Assembly (NCBI RefSeq): GCF_009914755.1
Contig: NC_060931.1
From: the human T2T-CHM13v2.0 reference genome, Homo sapiens
Reading direction: 5' to 3' (one strand)
DNA length: 64,000 nucleotides
Shown here: in pieces, positions 1-12,836 of the stretch
How positions within the stretch are numbered: the stretch's first letter is position 1
Layout: each line of letters begins with the position of its first letter
Program-made: the position numbers and the translations under genes
The notes under the pieces: generated by a model
What the model was told of the DNA's origin: nothing
Seen by the model: the letters and a program-made list of their open reading frames with translations, nothing else
Database searches by the model: none

Positions 1-175
1 TCCGCTTCCCGGGTTCAAGTGATTCTCATGCCTCAGCCTTCAGAGTAGCTGGGACTACAGGCACCCGTCACCATGCTGGGGTAATTTTTTTTTTCAGTGC
101 AGATGGGGTTTCACCATGTTGGCCAGGCTGCTCTCAAACTCCTGACCTCAAGTGATTCGCCAACCTTGGCCTACC
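1..175 (-). mobile_element. Alu (partial, window edge)
   Basis: Alu consensus match. Confidence 0.85.
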
Positions 176-817
176 AGACATCTTTGGTTACTGGTCCATC
201 TTTTCTTGATGAAGTCTGGCAGTTCCAGATAGTATTTATGAAATTTGTCAATTTTTCAATATTTATAAATTTGTAACATGTTGCGATTTCTTTTCTCATT
301 TTAAATATGCACTTTTATACCTAATTTTGTATTTCTCATATTGAGGTTTTTTTTTTTTTTTTCCTTACAGAGATTCTACCAAATTGTGTAAGTTAGCCCA
401 CCAAAACCTGGATCTGCCCCAATCCCAAGCAGCATGGGAGGTAATAATGACTTGGGTGAGAGTGTCACCCAAGGAATAGGTGTAACTAACAGGTTATCTC
501 TGGCTTAGGCAGCTCCTCAATATCTCTTTCAGCTGAGAATCAGGTCTATTTTCTTGGTTTTAGAAGCTCGCCTACCAGGCCAGCATGAGCAGGGCAGGGC
601 AGATGTGCCATCGGAGGTATTTAAACTATCAAATGCTGAGCATTTATGTGCACTGAGTTTGAAACAGATCTAGTGGACTAACCTGTAGGTCAAAGTCTTA
701 CAGGAAGGTGGGCCCTGGAACTTGTGTCACCGGACTAGCAACTCAATGTCTGATCCATCCAAATGGAAGACTTCAGTTGCCATGGCAATTGACAAAGCTA
801 TTTTGCTAAAATACCTA

Positions 818-879
818 CCTCAATTACCTAAATACCCCCCTCAGTTACCTAAATACCCCCCTCAGTTACCTAAATACCC
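818..879. repeat. 21-bp tandem repeat x~3 (cctcaRttacctaaatacccc)
   Basis: Directly visible. Confidence 0.9.
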
Positions 880-1166
880 AAAGTCTCTCCATTAAAAACT
901 CATTCTTTTGGATCTGGAAACAGTTCTGGAAGTTTAACACTACTTACTAAAATGTAAATCCCTCAGGGAAAAGTTACAGTTATATTATTTATGTAATCAC
1001 TAATTATACTAACAATTTTTTGTGAGATATGTAAATGCCTACCACTGTAAGTAAATGCCTACCTTTTCTCTCTCCATTATGAGAGTTGGTTAATCTGTAG
1101 GACTGGGGATGAAAGCTGGTTTTCATGGTGTGGGAATTTGAACAGAGTTCTGGTTGCATGAAGGTG

Positions 1167-1524
1167 TGTATTAGTCCATTTTTATGCTGCTGATAAAGAC
1201 ATACCAGAGACTGGACAATTTACAAAAGAAAGTGATTTATTGGACTTAACAGTTCCATGTGGCTGGGGAGGCCTCACAATCACAGTGGAAGGTGAAAGGC
1301 AAAAGGCACATCGCACATGGTGGCAGACAGGAGAACAGAGCTTGTGCAGGGAGAATGCCCTTTTACATCATATCTCAAGAGACATATTCACTGTCACAAG
1401 AATAGCATGGGAAAGACCCGCCCCCATGATTCAATTGCCTCCCAGGTCCTCCCACAACACGTGGGAATTGTGGGAGTTACAATTCAAGATGAGATTTGGG
1501 TGGGGGCACAGCCAAACCATATCA
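1167..1524 (-). mobile_element. THE1 (ERVL-MaLR) solo LTR
   Basis: tgtattagtcc...cacagccaaaccatatca termini; near-identical 5-bp flanks aggtg/gggtg. Confidence 0.88.
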
Positions 1525-3009
1525 GGGTGTGTCTTAGGTAGAGAGGCCAAAAGACAGCTTTCCTTCTCTGTTGTTTTGTCAAGCTCCACACATAGAAGGT
1601 GCTAGAAAGTAAGTATTTTGTTACAGTTAGGAAATTTAGAGGCAGAGCAAAGAACCAACTTGAAATTGCTTAAAGTATCAACATGAAAGAAATTGTGTTA
1701 GAATTAATAGTGATTGAGTTTCTTCTTTAGCCTTTAAGGGAGCTGTTTAGTTTCTGTTAAGGTGATTGTAGAGGTGTTAAAAAATGTCTGACTTGTCTCA
1801 TTGCATCTGCTTTCTATGGTTAGTAACATTAAGGGAGTATTGTAATAACTTTGATATAAGTTAGTTTACTGTTTCTAGGTTTATGAGGCAATATTTCTTA
1901 CACACATTTCTGTGCCTTTTTATTATTCACTTACATATCTCCATATATTATTCTACCAGTACTCTCTCCATGAAAAGTTATATTTTCTAGACATTATCTT
2001 CTCCTTCTTAGCTGCACTGGCATGAATTCTGGGACAGGGGATCCAGGTGCTGGAATATGGTAATAGGGCCACTGGAGAGTGGCAGACACTCCATTGTCAT
2101 TACATGGTCTCCCATGTCTATAAAGGCAGCATCGGTTTACAGCCATATTGGATTATTAAAAACAAAACAAAACAAAAAACCAACTATAACCATTTATTTA
2201 TAATAAACACCCAAAGGACTACATGGAAGAAACAGTAATCATGACAAACCCTCTCACCTCTGAAATGGAATTCTTTTAATAACAGCTGATTTTTTTCCTG
2301 AACAATACATACATGCATAGTTACTTTTTGTCTTTATTATTACATTTTGTAGGTGAGCAGTTTGTAGTTACTGTGGAGAAGTATGAATCCTTAGCAAAAT
2401 TCTTGTCAATTTAAAAGTATTCCTTAGCTGTTATCTCAGGACTACCTGTAAATTCTAGTCTCCCACCTTCTCTTCTTCACTCACTTCAGCCATTCTCCAC
2501 ACCTTGGCCAGAGTGATCTGATCAAAAGTCATCTGCTTAAAACCCTCCAATAACTTCCAGTGAATGCCTCCTGATTAAAGCTGAACTTTGTTAGTATGAG
2601 AAATTACTCCCCATCTCTCACTCCTGCAACACCAGCCCCTCCCCATCTTTTCAGGCTGCTTCTTGTAAGCCCCTCAAATCCAATGTTACGCGTCTCCCCT
2701 GAGGAGCCAAGCTAGTTCCTGACTTTGCGTTTTTGCACATACTTTTATTTTTAGAATATATCTTCCCACTGAGTCGGCTTGATAGATTCTCCTTATTTTT
2801 TGCTATATTTAGATCTTCACGTGAGAATAGAGAATAATACAATAAAAAATTTTGTATGCACGCAATTCATTTAAACCTTAACATTATTCTATTTTACTCT
2901 GACTTTTTAAAAAAGGAATAAAACATTTTAGTAGAGCTGAGATCTTCTGCATACACCTCTCTGATCTTATTCCCCTAACTGAGGTAACCACTATCATGAA
3001 TTTTTAAAA

Positions 3010-3314
3010 CTTTTTTTTTTTTTTTTTTTAAGGGAGAATCTCACTCTCATCACCCAGGCTGGAATGCAGTGGCACAAGATCGGCTCACTGCAGCCTTGCT
3101 TCCCAGGCTCAGGTGATTCTCCCACCTCAGCCTCCTGAGTAGCTGGGACTACAGGCGCATGCTGCCACCATGCCAGGCTAATTTTTTGTAGTTTTAGTAA
3201 AGACAAGGTTTTGCAGTGTTGCCCAGGTTGGTCTCAAATTCTTGGGCTCAAGCTATCCTCCTGCCTCAGCCTCCTAAAAAGTGCTGGGATATAGATGTGA
3301 GCCACCATGCCTGG
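3010..3314 (-). mobile_element. Alu (AluJ-like)
   Basis: Poly(T) plus dimeric Alu body. Confidence 0.9.
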
Positions 3315-3529
3315 TTTGTCATTTTAATTATTAATCACTTGTCCTATTACCTTGGCTCACACTTAATATAAACTAATGTTTAAGAAGAGTTTTAAAAAAC
3401 ATTTGTTCATTGCTAGTATGTAGAAATACAATGATCTTTTCATCTAGCAATAATTGTGCTTTGGATAAATCCCACTGGCTATGATACTGCCATTGCACAA
3501 AGTTGTAATTGATCTTTTAAAACATATCT

Positions 3530-4920
3530 TTTTATTGTTTTTGATTGACAAATCATAATTGTACACATTTATGGGGTACAATGTTTTGATATATGTGTAC
3601 AATGTGGCAGGATTAAATCAAACTAATTAACATATCCTTCACCTCACTTACCTATCATTTTTCATAGTAAGACATTGGGAATTTACTGTTAGTTGTTTTG
3701 AAATATACAATAAATTATTATTGACTATAGTCACTTTGCTGTACAACAGATCTCAAAACTTATTCTTTTGTCTATTTGAAATTTTGTATCCTTTGATCAA
3801 CATCTCTCCATTCCCTCCTTCCCCACCCCCATCCCCATCCCCAGCCTCTGGTAACCATTGCTCTACTTTCGACTTGTAGGAGTTCAACTTTATTAGATTT
3901 CACATGTAAGTGAGATCATGCAATGTTTATCTTTCTATGCCTGGCTTATTTCACTTAGCATAATGTTCTCCAGATTCATCCAAAAGCTGTCACAAATGGC
4001 AGGATTTCCTTTGTTTTTAAGGCTAAATAGTATTCAATTGTGTATATATATATATACCACATTTTCTTTTTTTGGGGGACAGAGGCTAGCTCTGTCACTC
4101 AGGCTGGAGTGTAGTGGTGCCATCTTGGTTCACCACAACCTCCACCTCCTGGAATTAAGTGATTCTTGTGCCTCAGCCTCATGAGTGGCTGGGATCACAG
4201 GCACGTACCACCATGCCCAGCTGATTTTTATAGTTTTAGTAGAGACAAGGTTTTGCTATCTTGGTCAGGCTGGTCTCGAACTCCTGGCCTCAAGCGATCT
4301 GCTCACCTAGGCCTCCCAAAGTACTGGGATTACAGGCATGAGCCACAGCCCCCAGGCTCACATTTTCTTTATCCATTTATCCACTGATGGACACCTGGGT
4401 TGATTCCATATCTTGGCTATTGTGTGAATAGTGCTACAGTGAACATGGGAGTGCAGATATCCCTTGGACATACTGATTTTAGTTCCTTTCGATATATACC
4501 CAGAAGTGGTATTCTTGGTCATATGATAGTTCTATTTTTAGTTTTTTGAGGAACCTTTATGCCATTTTTCATAATGGCTATACTAATTTACATTCCCCTC
4601 AACAATGAACAATTGATCTTTGTATATTGATTCTGTATCCTGTAATCTTACAAAACCCAATTATTAGTTCTAGTAGCTTTTCATAGATTCCATGGGCTTT
4701 TCTATGCACATAGTCATGTTGTTTCCCAATAAAGACAGTTTGACTTGTTACTTTTGAATCTGGATGCCTTTTATTTCTTTTTCTAACTTTATTGCCCTGG
4801 CTAGAATCTTTAGGATAAGGTTGAGTAGAAGTGGTAAAAGGAAATATCTTGTTTTGTTCTTGAATTTAGGGAGAAAGCATCTAGTTTTTCATCACTTAGT
4901 ATGATATCACTTGCAAATTT
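3530..4920 (-). mobile_element. Old L1M fragments, interrupted by an Alu
   Basis: L1M 3'-end motifs (gtgagatcatg, ggcttatttcacttagcataatg, tacattccc). Confidence 0.75.
4062..4360 (-). mobile_element. Alu (old)
   Basis: Dimeric Alu body within L1M. Confidence 0.88.
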
Positions 4921-5146
4921 TTTATTTTTTACTTTTCTTTGAGACACGATCTTGCTCTGTCGCCCAGGCTGGAGTGCAGTGGTGTGATCACAGCTTACTG
5001 CAGCCTCAACCTGGGCTCGGTTCAGGCCAGATCCTCCCACCTCAGCCTCCTGAGTACCTGGGACCACAGTGCATGCCACCACACTCAGCTAATTTTAAGG
5101 TTTTTTTTTGGTAGAGACAGGGTCTCACTATGTTGCCCAGTCTGGA
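4919..5146 (-). mobile_element. Alu (AluJ-like, truncated)
   Basis: Alu right arm and part of the left arm. Confidence 0.85.
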
Positions 5147-6229
5147 TGTTTATATGTGCCCATTAGACCCAAAATACATGTCTATGGCAGCACCTTCTTC
5201 TTAGTATTGTATGTATTGGTTGGTATTTCTGAGTTTCTGTCTAGACTACACATTGAGAAAGAGAACCATGTTTCATTCATGGTAGTTTCTCAAATAATGT
5301 ACATTAGTATGGTAGATGTTTAATAGATGCTTATCAAAAGAATATTTAGTGCTTAATGAGGTATTTACCCAGTTATCCGTTTATTTTTGTGATTATTAGT
5401 AAATACCTTCCTCCTCCACTAACTGTGACCTTCCTTAGTGCAGAGATTGTGTCTCTTTTTGTTCACTATTCCATCTCTAGTGCTCTTGCCCGTGCTTGGC
5501 ACATGGTATCCCTTAATAGATATTTGATGAAGGATTGCATACACAAAATGACTAAAGTGGGCCATGGTAGGAAGAATCCTCTGAAATCAGTTATTTCTTT
5601 CACATTTAAGTGTCTTAAAAGGTGCTGTTCTCCAGTGGATGTATTTGTTCTTTAAAATATTAGTTCATTCATTGTAGGAGTATTTAGGCTCAGCATTAGA
5701 GGGGTCAAAAGTATTGAGAAAGTTTGCCATTGCTGAAACCTCTAGTTTTAACGTTTTTTTTCTTATTTTTTTCCTCCTCTTGAAAGTAAAACAAAACAAA
5801 AATCAATGATATTAACATACTTTTTATTTTGTAGATGTTAAAATCAAGAAGGGAAAATGTTTCAATCACCATTTTATCCTCAATACTTAGCACAGTGCCT
5901 GGACCATAGCAAATACTCAATAAATATTTACTCAATGAACATATGAGTGCTTATGATGAGACAAGCGTTAGCAGCTAATAAAATTCTCAGGAGTGAAGTC
6001 ATTATTGGAATTATCTATTGACTTTTCTTAGTGGAATTACAGAGTAATTAGCAGAAAAAGGTGAATAAGAGAAAAATGGCTAAATTGAAAATGTGGCTTC
6101 TAATTGCTATTATCAATGATGAAACCAAAAACTGGTGCAAATATTTGACATCATAACTTCCAAACTGACCAGCCTTGCAAATCTTACATAAAATTTAATT
6201 AAAAATGAATGAAGACCAATGAACTTCAA

Positions 6230-7252
6230 TGGCTTTTGGACATAATTTTTATTTAAGCATGGGCTTTTATAGCTTGGTTCACCCTAGAGTGCAACCTTTC
6301 AGTTACACAAATAGCATTCAGAGCTACAGGGCCATTATAATGTTGCTGGTGTTGTACAACTTCATCAGAAGGTATGAATATGACCCGCAGAAAAAACAAT
6401 CCACGAAGAAAACACAATGAAAAAACAACCACTGTTTTACAAATCACTCTGTTATCACAGACAAAAAATGGCAGTTACTGTTAGTAAATCAGCCACAGAA
6501 CACTTAAAAAAAGATCTTTAGACAAGGAAATGGGAACTTATTTGTGGGAGATAGGGTCTTCATCCACAATTTAAAGTAGAAAATATTTCAGGGTCAAGCA
6601 TTTTTCTTATCCACAAAACAACGCTAAACCAACATACATTTTTAAGGAGTATATTAAAGGAGATACAATATCTTTACAACTATCTTCTTGAATAGGTATT
6701 TCAATTAATTTTCTGCAGAATATAAGTAGCCCCAAATTCAGCAGCAAAATATTACAACATAACAAGTAAATACAGTTTCAATGTGTTGTATTGTAGAAGA
6801 GAATACATAAAGGACAAACAATGATAATTTAATCATATAAAACATGAGACATAGCTGAAATACAGTCCACTTAAATAGCTTTGTGACCAAGAATGTTAAA
6901 TACTGTGCTAAATGCCATTTTAAACATAAAATCTCTTAAATTTTTTGTGCTTAAATTTCATTTTTCTGTTAAACTGTTTCTTATTGTCAATACTGCCACT
7001 GTAACTGATATTACAACAGATCACAACTTTCACGGACACATCAACATGAAGACATTTACTTATGAGCAAATAAGTCACTTGTCATTAGTTCACAGTGTGG
7101 GAAAGTGGTGTACACTCGGTCTTGAGAAGGGCTTTCAGGTAATCACCAAGTCCTTCACAGATATTTCCTGATATCAGATGTAGTGCGAGATTTAAAAGAA
7201 TGGAGAGCAACACATCACATGTTGGAAGAAAAAAAATAAACTTTTTGATTCT
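6230..7252 (-). other. RELN: RELN 3' UTR (~1 kb)
   Basis: Repeat-free AT-rich stretch between the TGA stop (7253-7255) and AATAAA (6248-6253). Cleavage site approximate. Confidence 0.85.
6248..6253 (-). terminator. RELN polyadenylation signal AATAAA
   Basis: tttatt on + strand ~1 kb past the stop codon, followed on the minus strand by a T-rich downstream region. Confidence 0.8.
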
Positions 7253-7349
7253 TCATGGGTATCGCCTAAGTGACCTTCGTCTTCTGTTGTAGAAATGTCT
7301 GAGCCCATGTTGTCGTGAAAAATTCATCATGTAATTTTGTTTGCGAGTG
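7253..7349 (-). CDS. RELN: Reelin terminal exon 65: (S)[31 protein letters not shown], basic C-terminal region
   Basis: Acceptor ttttaacag|C at 7350-7351; 97 nt = 1 + 32 codons including TGA. RRRR|S is a proprotein-convertase-type site. Confidence 0.98.
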
Positions 7350-10300
7350 CTGTTAAAATCAAACAGGATAGAGGCAGGGAAGGAAAGGAAAAAGAGCATG
7401 TAAGTCCCATCATTGAACGTGCAATCTATTCTAGGTCCTAAGTTACTCTGATATTTGTTTGAAAATTTTCAGGGTTAATAGGTCATGCTCACATTACCAC
7501 CCAGGGTCAGAGGAACTAAAGGCTGGGACCTATACTCACTGCCTTTGGCCTTGAAGAAATCCCTGTCTTTTCATGAGTGAGCTCTGAACCAGAAAATATG
7601 TGAAATTCTCTTGATTCATAGCAAAAGCAAACTGTTTTAAATTTTAATTTTATTCTTGAATGCTTCCTGAAAATATTTACTTAGGTACCTTTCATTTGAG
7701 AAGTGTGCTCTATACCCATTGCCTTATTTAAATATATCTTTAACAAGTAGGAAAAATAATTTGGTTCCTTTAGCAAACATTCTCATTTAAAGCTTAAAAA
7801 CTAAAAACAAAGAAACAGACTGTTAGCTGGATCAGCTTGACATTCCTAGTTCATGCAGTCCCATGAGACAAAATAAGGAGGTCAGTTTTTCTCAGAATGT
7901 TGGATTCTCTTGTCTTCCTCAAACCATAAGCATCTGGGTTATATTTTATAAACGTGGCCTTAGGAAAGAGACACTCCACTGAAAAGAGGTCATAAAATAC
8001 TAAGAAAGTGTAACCAAATGTATAATTGTAAATATGTATGTATGTTTTCCCCCACATATGTACATACACACATTTATACATATATGCTGTGTGTGAAGCT
8101 GATAAAAATACTGAAGATGGATTTCAGGATCCTGTAGGAAACTGTACAATACTAGTAGTGACAGCTGTTAATGTTTTGGTATAGTCCTTTAAAAAGGATT
8201 GTGAGCTATAACATCACTGAAAGGATCATATTCTCACACTGACCTGAGTGACAATATATCCATATGTGGCATCAATATGTGGTTTATGAGAGTGAGCCTA
8301 TCAGTATATTTCAAATTCACTGAGTTTCCTCATGGTCCCAAAGCCTTTTCTCCCTAATTCCATGAAGACATAAAATGTACATAATGTCATGTGATGTGAT
8401 TCCAACATAAAGATCAATATGACATGAACTTGAGTTAGGGTAGGAGAGGGGGGAAAGGGTAATTTTGTTCTGAGCAGTATAAGCTGCATTATCAATCATC
8501 AATATGCTAGTAAGGTGTAAAATGATATTTTACCTAGTATAATAGGTATTATACTTAGGCATATTATACTAGCACTTGTAAAATATAAACTTTAAAACAA
8601 GATAATTTCACAGTTTCATCATTAGAAAATTTATAATAAAATATCTCAAAGGAAAAGACATAAATTGAATTTCATCAGATATGTATAATCAAAAAGCAAT
8701 AGCATCTGTGCTAAAATATTGATACAAAGACATCAAATTGATACATATTTTATAAAATAAAAAAGGTACTAATAACATCCCCTGCTAGATTTCAATAATA
8801 TCAAAATGCTAGAAACAATAAAATGGAAACAAAGAATATATCCTGAAGACATTATAGAGAAAAAGATTTCAAAAAAATCAGGTTTTGTCTTTAGGCAGAT
8901 TTACTATCCTCCCCCTCCCATCCCCTCCATGTGACAATATTACATGTATCAACTAAGTTGATCAGTTTCAGTGTCACAGTTGAATGACCCAAATTTATCC
9001 ATTTATTAGCTGCTATAAGTACTAACTGCTGCCTATGTAAAATTGAGTTACAAAAAAACCCCCAAGGAATTAATGTATTGAACTAATCAAGTGTCAAGAA
9101 AAATTATCCTGTTGCTCCTTTATTCACAAAATCTTGGGACTGGAACTAGCTGTGTTACTGCCAGCATCCTCAGTCGCCTTATAGTTCTTTCCCTGAGCTA
9201 TTATAGTGGCCCCCTGAACTAGCCTCCTTAACTTTTTTCCTTTTATGAAAAAAAAAAAAAAACTCCACTGAAAGGAAACCCCTGAAATACTAAGAAAGTA
9301 TAACTGAATGCATAATTGTATACATGTGCATGTATACCTTCCTACACATACATGCAGTTGATTTTGCACACCAGATTCAGTAAACTTTTCCTCAAACACT
9401 GGCTTCACTTTGCCCAAAACCATGCAGAATCCTCTTATCTATGGAGCAACAGCTAAGCCAACTTAAACAGACGTTTCAAGTCCTCTTCATGCTTAATCTT
9501 ATTCTGCCCTTTATTTTTCTACATTCCTATACAAACTGCTCTACTCAAACGCCTTGAGTCCTTTCTACCCGCCTCATTGGCCAGCTGTCAACATCACTTC
9601 CTAGATTCTACGTGTTCAAGTATTACATTTTCTTTGTTTACTCCCTCTATAAGTGAACTTTTTTTTTTTTACTTTGAACTCTCATAGTGCTCATTTCCTG
9701 CTTTGAAGGAGTTTGTGTTCATATCTTGGCTCCCCACAACTAAACTTTTGTTGGTATGGGGGCCAGTCCCCCAACTCCCCCCACCCCCGCACCATAGCAC
9801 TGAGCCTCCTGCCTGACCCGTGCATGGGTGGTCAAGGCATGTTTGTTGAACTTATGGTGACTTACTGATTGGATTCCTGCTGTAAATCATTACTCTATAA
9901 CTATAAGGAATAATTGCAAAGTTAAAGCAATGAAAATTATTCTGTTAAAACACGTTTAAAGGTATAAGGTACTCAAAGAGAATTTAAAATAGTTAAAATA
10001 TTTTACATAAAAAAAGATGAAGTTAGAACACTCAAGATATTTTGTTATCTCAATGCAACCTAGATTGACATGAAAGTTACCTTAATATATGGGAACAAAA
10101 GAACATTCAGTTTTAACAAAACTTGATGTGCTTACTTAACAGCTTTAAAGCAACGTCTCCATATAATTATTTACTTATTATGGAGCTGATTGAAAGTCTC
10201 CATCTTTATAGGTGAGAAAATAAATACTAGCAGGTTGCAGATCTTTAGTGCCCTAAAAACTAGTCCAAGGTAGAAGCTTAAAACCAATTTAGGGGACATT

Positions 10301-10365
10301 TTGAATCACTGGATGTTCTTTTTTTAAATAACATTTTTTTCTTAAAAGATTTTAAATATATTTCT

Positions 10366-10494
10366 AATTTTTTTGGTAGAGACGGGGTCTTGCTATGTTG
10401 GCCAGGCTGGTGTCGAACTCCTGGCCTCAAGTGATCCTGTTGCCTTGGACTCCCACAGTTCTGGGATTACAAGCATGGCCACTGTGCCTGGCCT
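10366..10494 (-). mobile_element. Alu left monomer / FLAM
   Basis: Single Alu arm. Confidence 0.8.
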
Positions 10495-10624
10495 GGGTGC
10501 TCTTTAATTTTGAAAAAGTTTATGTATCAGTATCATATCTTTGGATTCCTGAGAATGTTGATATGCATATAGTAATGGACTTGCTATAGATGCCTAGTGT
10601 TTATATAGTCACATTAAAAATGGC

Positions 10625-10957
<333 letters not shown>

Positions 10958-12830
10958 CTATCAAAGCATCGTGGAAACTAGGTGGTAATTTGGTATGTGA
11001 AATATAAAAATCTTTTGAGTCAGTTAGGTTGAAATCTAATGAAGTGGATATTTCCAGTTTATGAGCCTTTGAAAATCAACCATTATGGCAAGCTATACTA
11101 AAATGCTGTCTGCCTCTAAGACCACTTAATAAATTGACATGGTTACTAAACAGTTATTGTACCTTCTAAAATGTCTAACAGCATTGGGAATTAGGGGAAT
11201 TTTTAACATTTATCTTATATTTACTCATTTTTTGGTGTGATATATTTGTGAGCCTATTTTTTGTTTTTGATACATTTTGATGTACAGCTATAGATAACCT
11301 TATAACTGAAATAAGAAGTGCAATGAACTTTTAAAGATTTATTTATTCACTGCAATTACCAGAGAAAGTAATTTTTATTTTAAGTTCAATAAAAGGAGGT
11401 AATGTTCATCCCAAGGCACATCAGCTATGCCACTTGACATATCAATTTGCTTTGGTTGTGGATAGAACTAGGTCCATTTTTAAATTCTTCCATTATGAGT
11501 AAGTAATTGAAAGAAGGGAGAATGAACAACAAAGGCTTCTTGGAAATGATAATGTAAATGTCCATTATTGCCAAGGGAGTTTAGGGACTTAGATGGCATA
11601 TAGAATTATAACGTGTTTCCTTGTTTCTGCATAGGAAATATGGCCATTGCAAGATCTTTGAATAACTAGTGACTCTGTGCTCTTTTGAACTGTTACTCTT
11701 TAAAGGAGACACAATCTTAGTTCATTTATTATGATGAAAACAATTCAATTGATTTTTTAATGGATTCTAAAGGAAATGGAGGAGATAGAGAATTGATACT
11801 AATTTGAGCTCATAGAAATATAGGCATTTCTACTTGTCAGTAATTTATCACCAAAACATATGGTAGAACAAATAATGATTTATATGAATGCAGACATAAG
11901 AATCCAGTGGACTGTTCAACATATCTTAGAAATATTGGTGAGTGTAAGGCAGGAAGCTGCCATTCAAACTATCACTGAAACTTCCCTGCATAGAGGATGC
12001 CACACATTTGACTTAAAGGCCATGCATTTTCAGGAAGGCTATGCATAAATAAGTGCAGACACAAACATCTCACACATACTGAAGATTTCATATTTCTCTT
12101 CTCTGCTAAATGGGGATGAGAATAATATCCAATAATGTGCACCTCAGGGAGCTGTAAGGATTAAATGAAAACTAGCACTATATATAGATGTTCAATAAAT
12201 TATAACCATTTTGCCTTCTTAAATTTTAAAGAATCTCAGAGGACAAATACAAGAATATATTAAAAGTGGCCAATCTTACCTAAGGACAAGATCTAGAACT
12301 CCTAAGTATTATGAATACATCTACTCCGTCTGCCAATTCAGTTATTAACTTAGAGGAGAATTGGTAAGTCAAGGGACCCTCATGCATCTTCAGCATAGTA
12401 GGTCTTTTGAAAGACATTCCATTTAATCAGAGTCCCTAAATCTTTTGCACACATTTCTATTTTCCCTTGTCCCTCATAACAAATTTATCAACTGTGAGCA
12501 CTTCAAGGGCACCCAATACGGTGTCAAGCACAGAGCAGAATCTAAGTCAAATCTGTTGCCCAATGATGAAATGCTGACTAGCACTCTGGTCTATGCTGTT
12601 GTGCCCTATATTGTATATATTAGGGACTTATCTCAATTTGACTGACTCCGAATTTACATGGAAATAAGTTTCAAATGTTCCACTATATACCAGTATCATT
12701 TATTACTGTTTTCATAGATTTTTTTTTTTTTTTAGTTGCAAAGGTGCTTTACAAAACTTCTCAGTTAAGTTTGGTGTCACTGATGAAACTATTAGTAAAC
12801 AGTTCCCCAGATTTAGTAAGGAGGACTTAC

Positions 12831-12836
12831 CTTACT
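12831..12836 (-). CDS. RELN: Reelin 6-nt microexon 64 (AGTAAG; adds Val-Ser)
   Basis: Minus strand ttttccactag|AGTAAG|gtaagt. Joining CT+A GTA AG+C gives L-V-S between exons 63 and 65, as in reelin VEVVLVSTRKQ. Confidence 0.93.

Noticed and set aside
818-879. CRISPR-like array
   Set aside because: Head-to-tail repeats with no unique spacers, eukaryotic context, no cas genes.
1240-1605. 121-aa ORF
   Set aside because: Lies almost entirely within the THE1 LTR; typical repeat-derived pseudo-ORF.
8534-8572. Nested AT-rich palindromes (ctagtataata...tattatactag)
   Set aside because: Low complexity; plausible by chance in AT-rich DNA.
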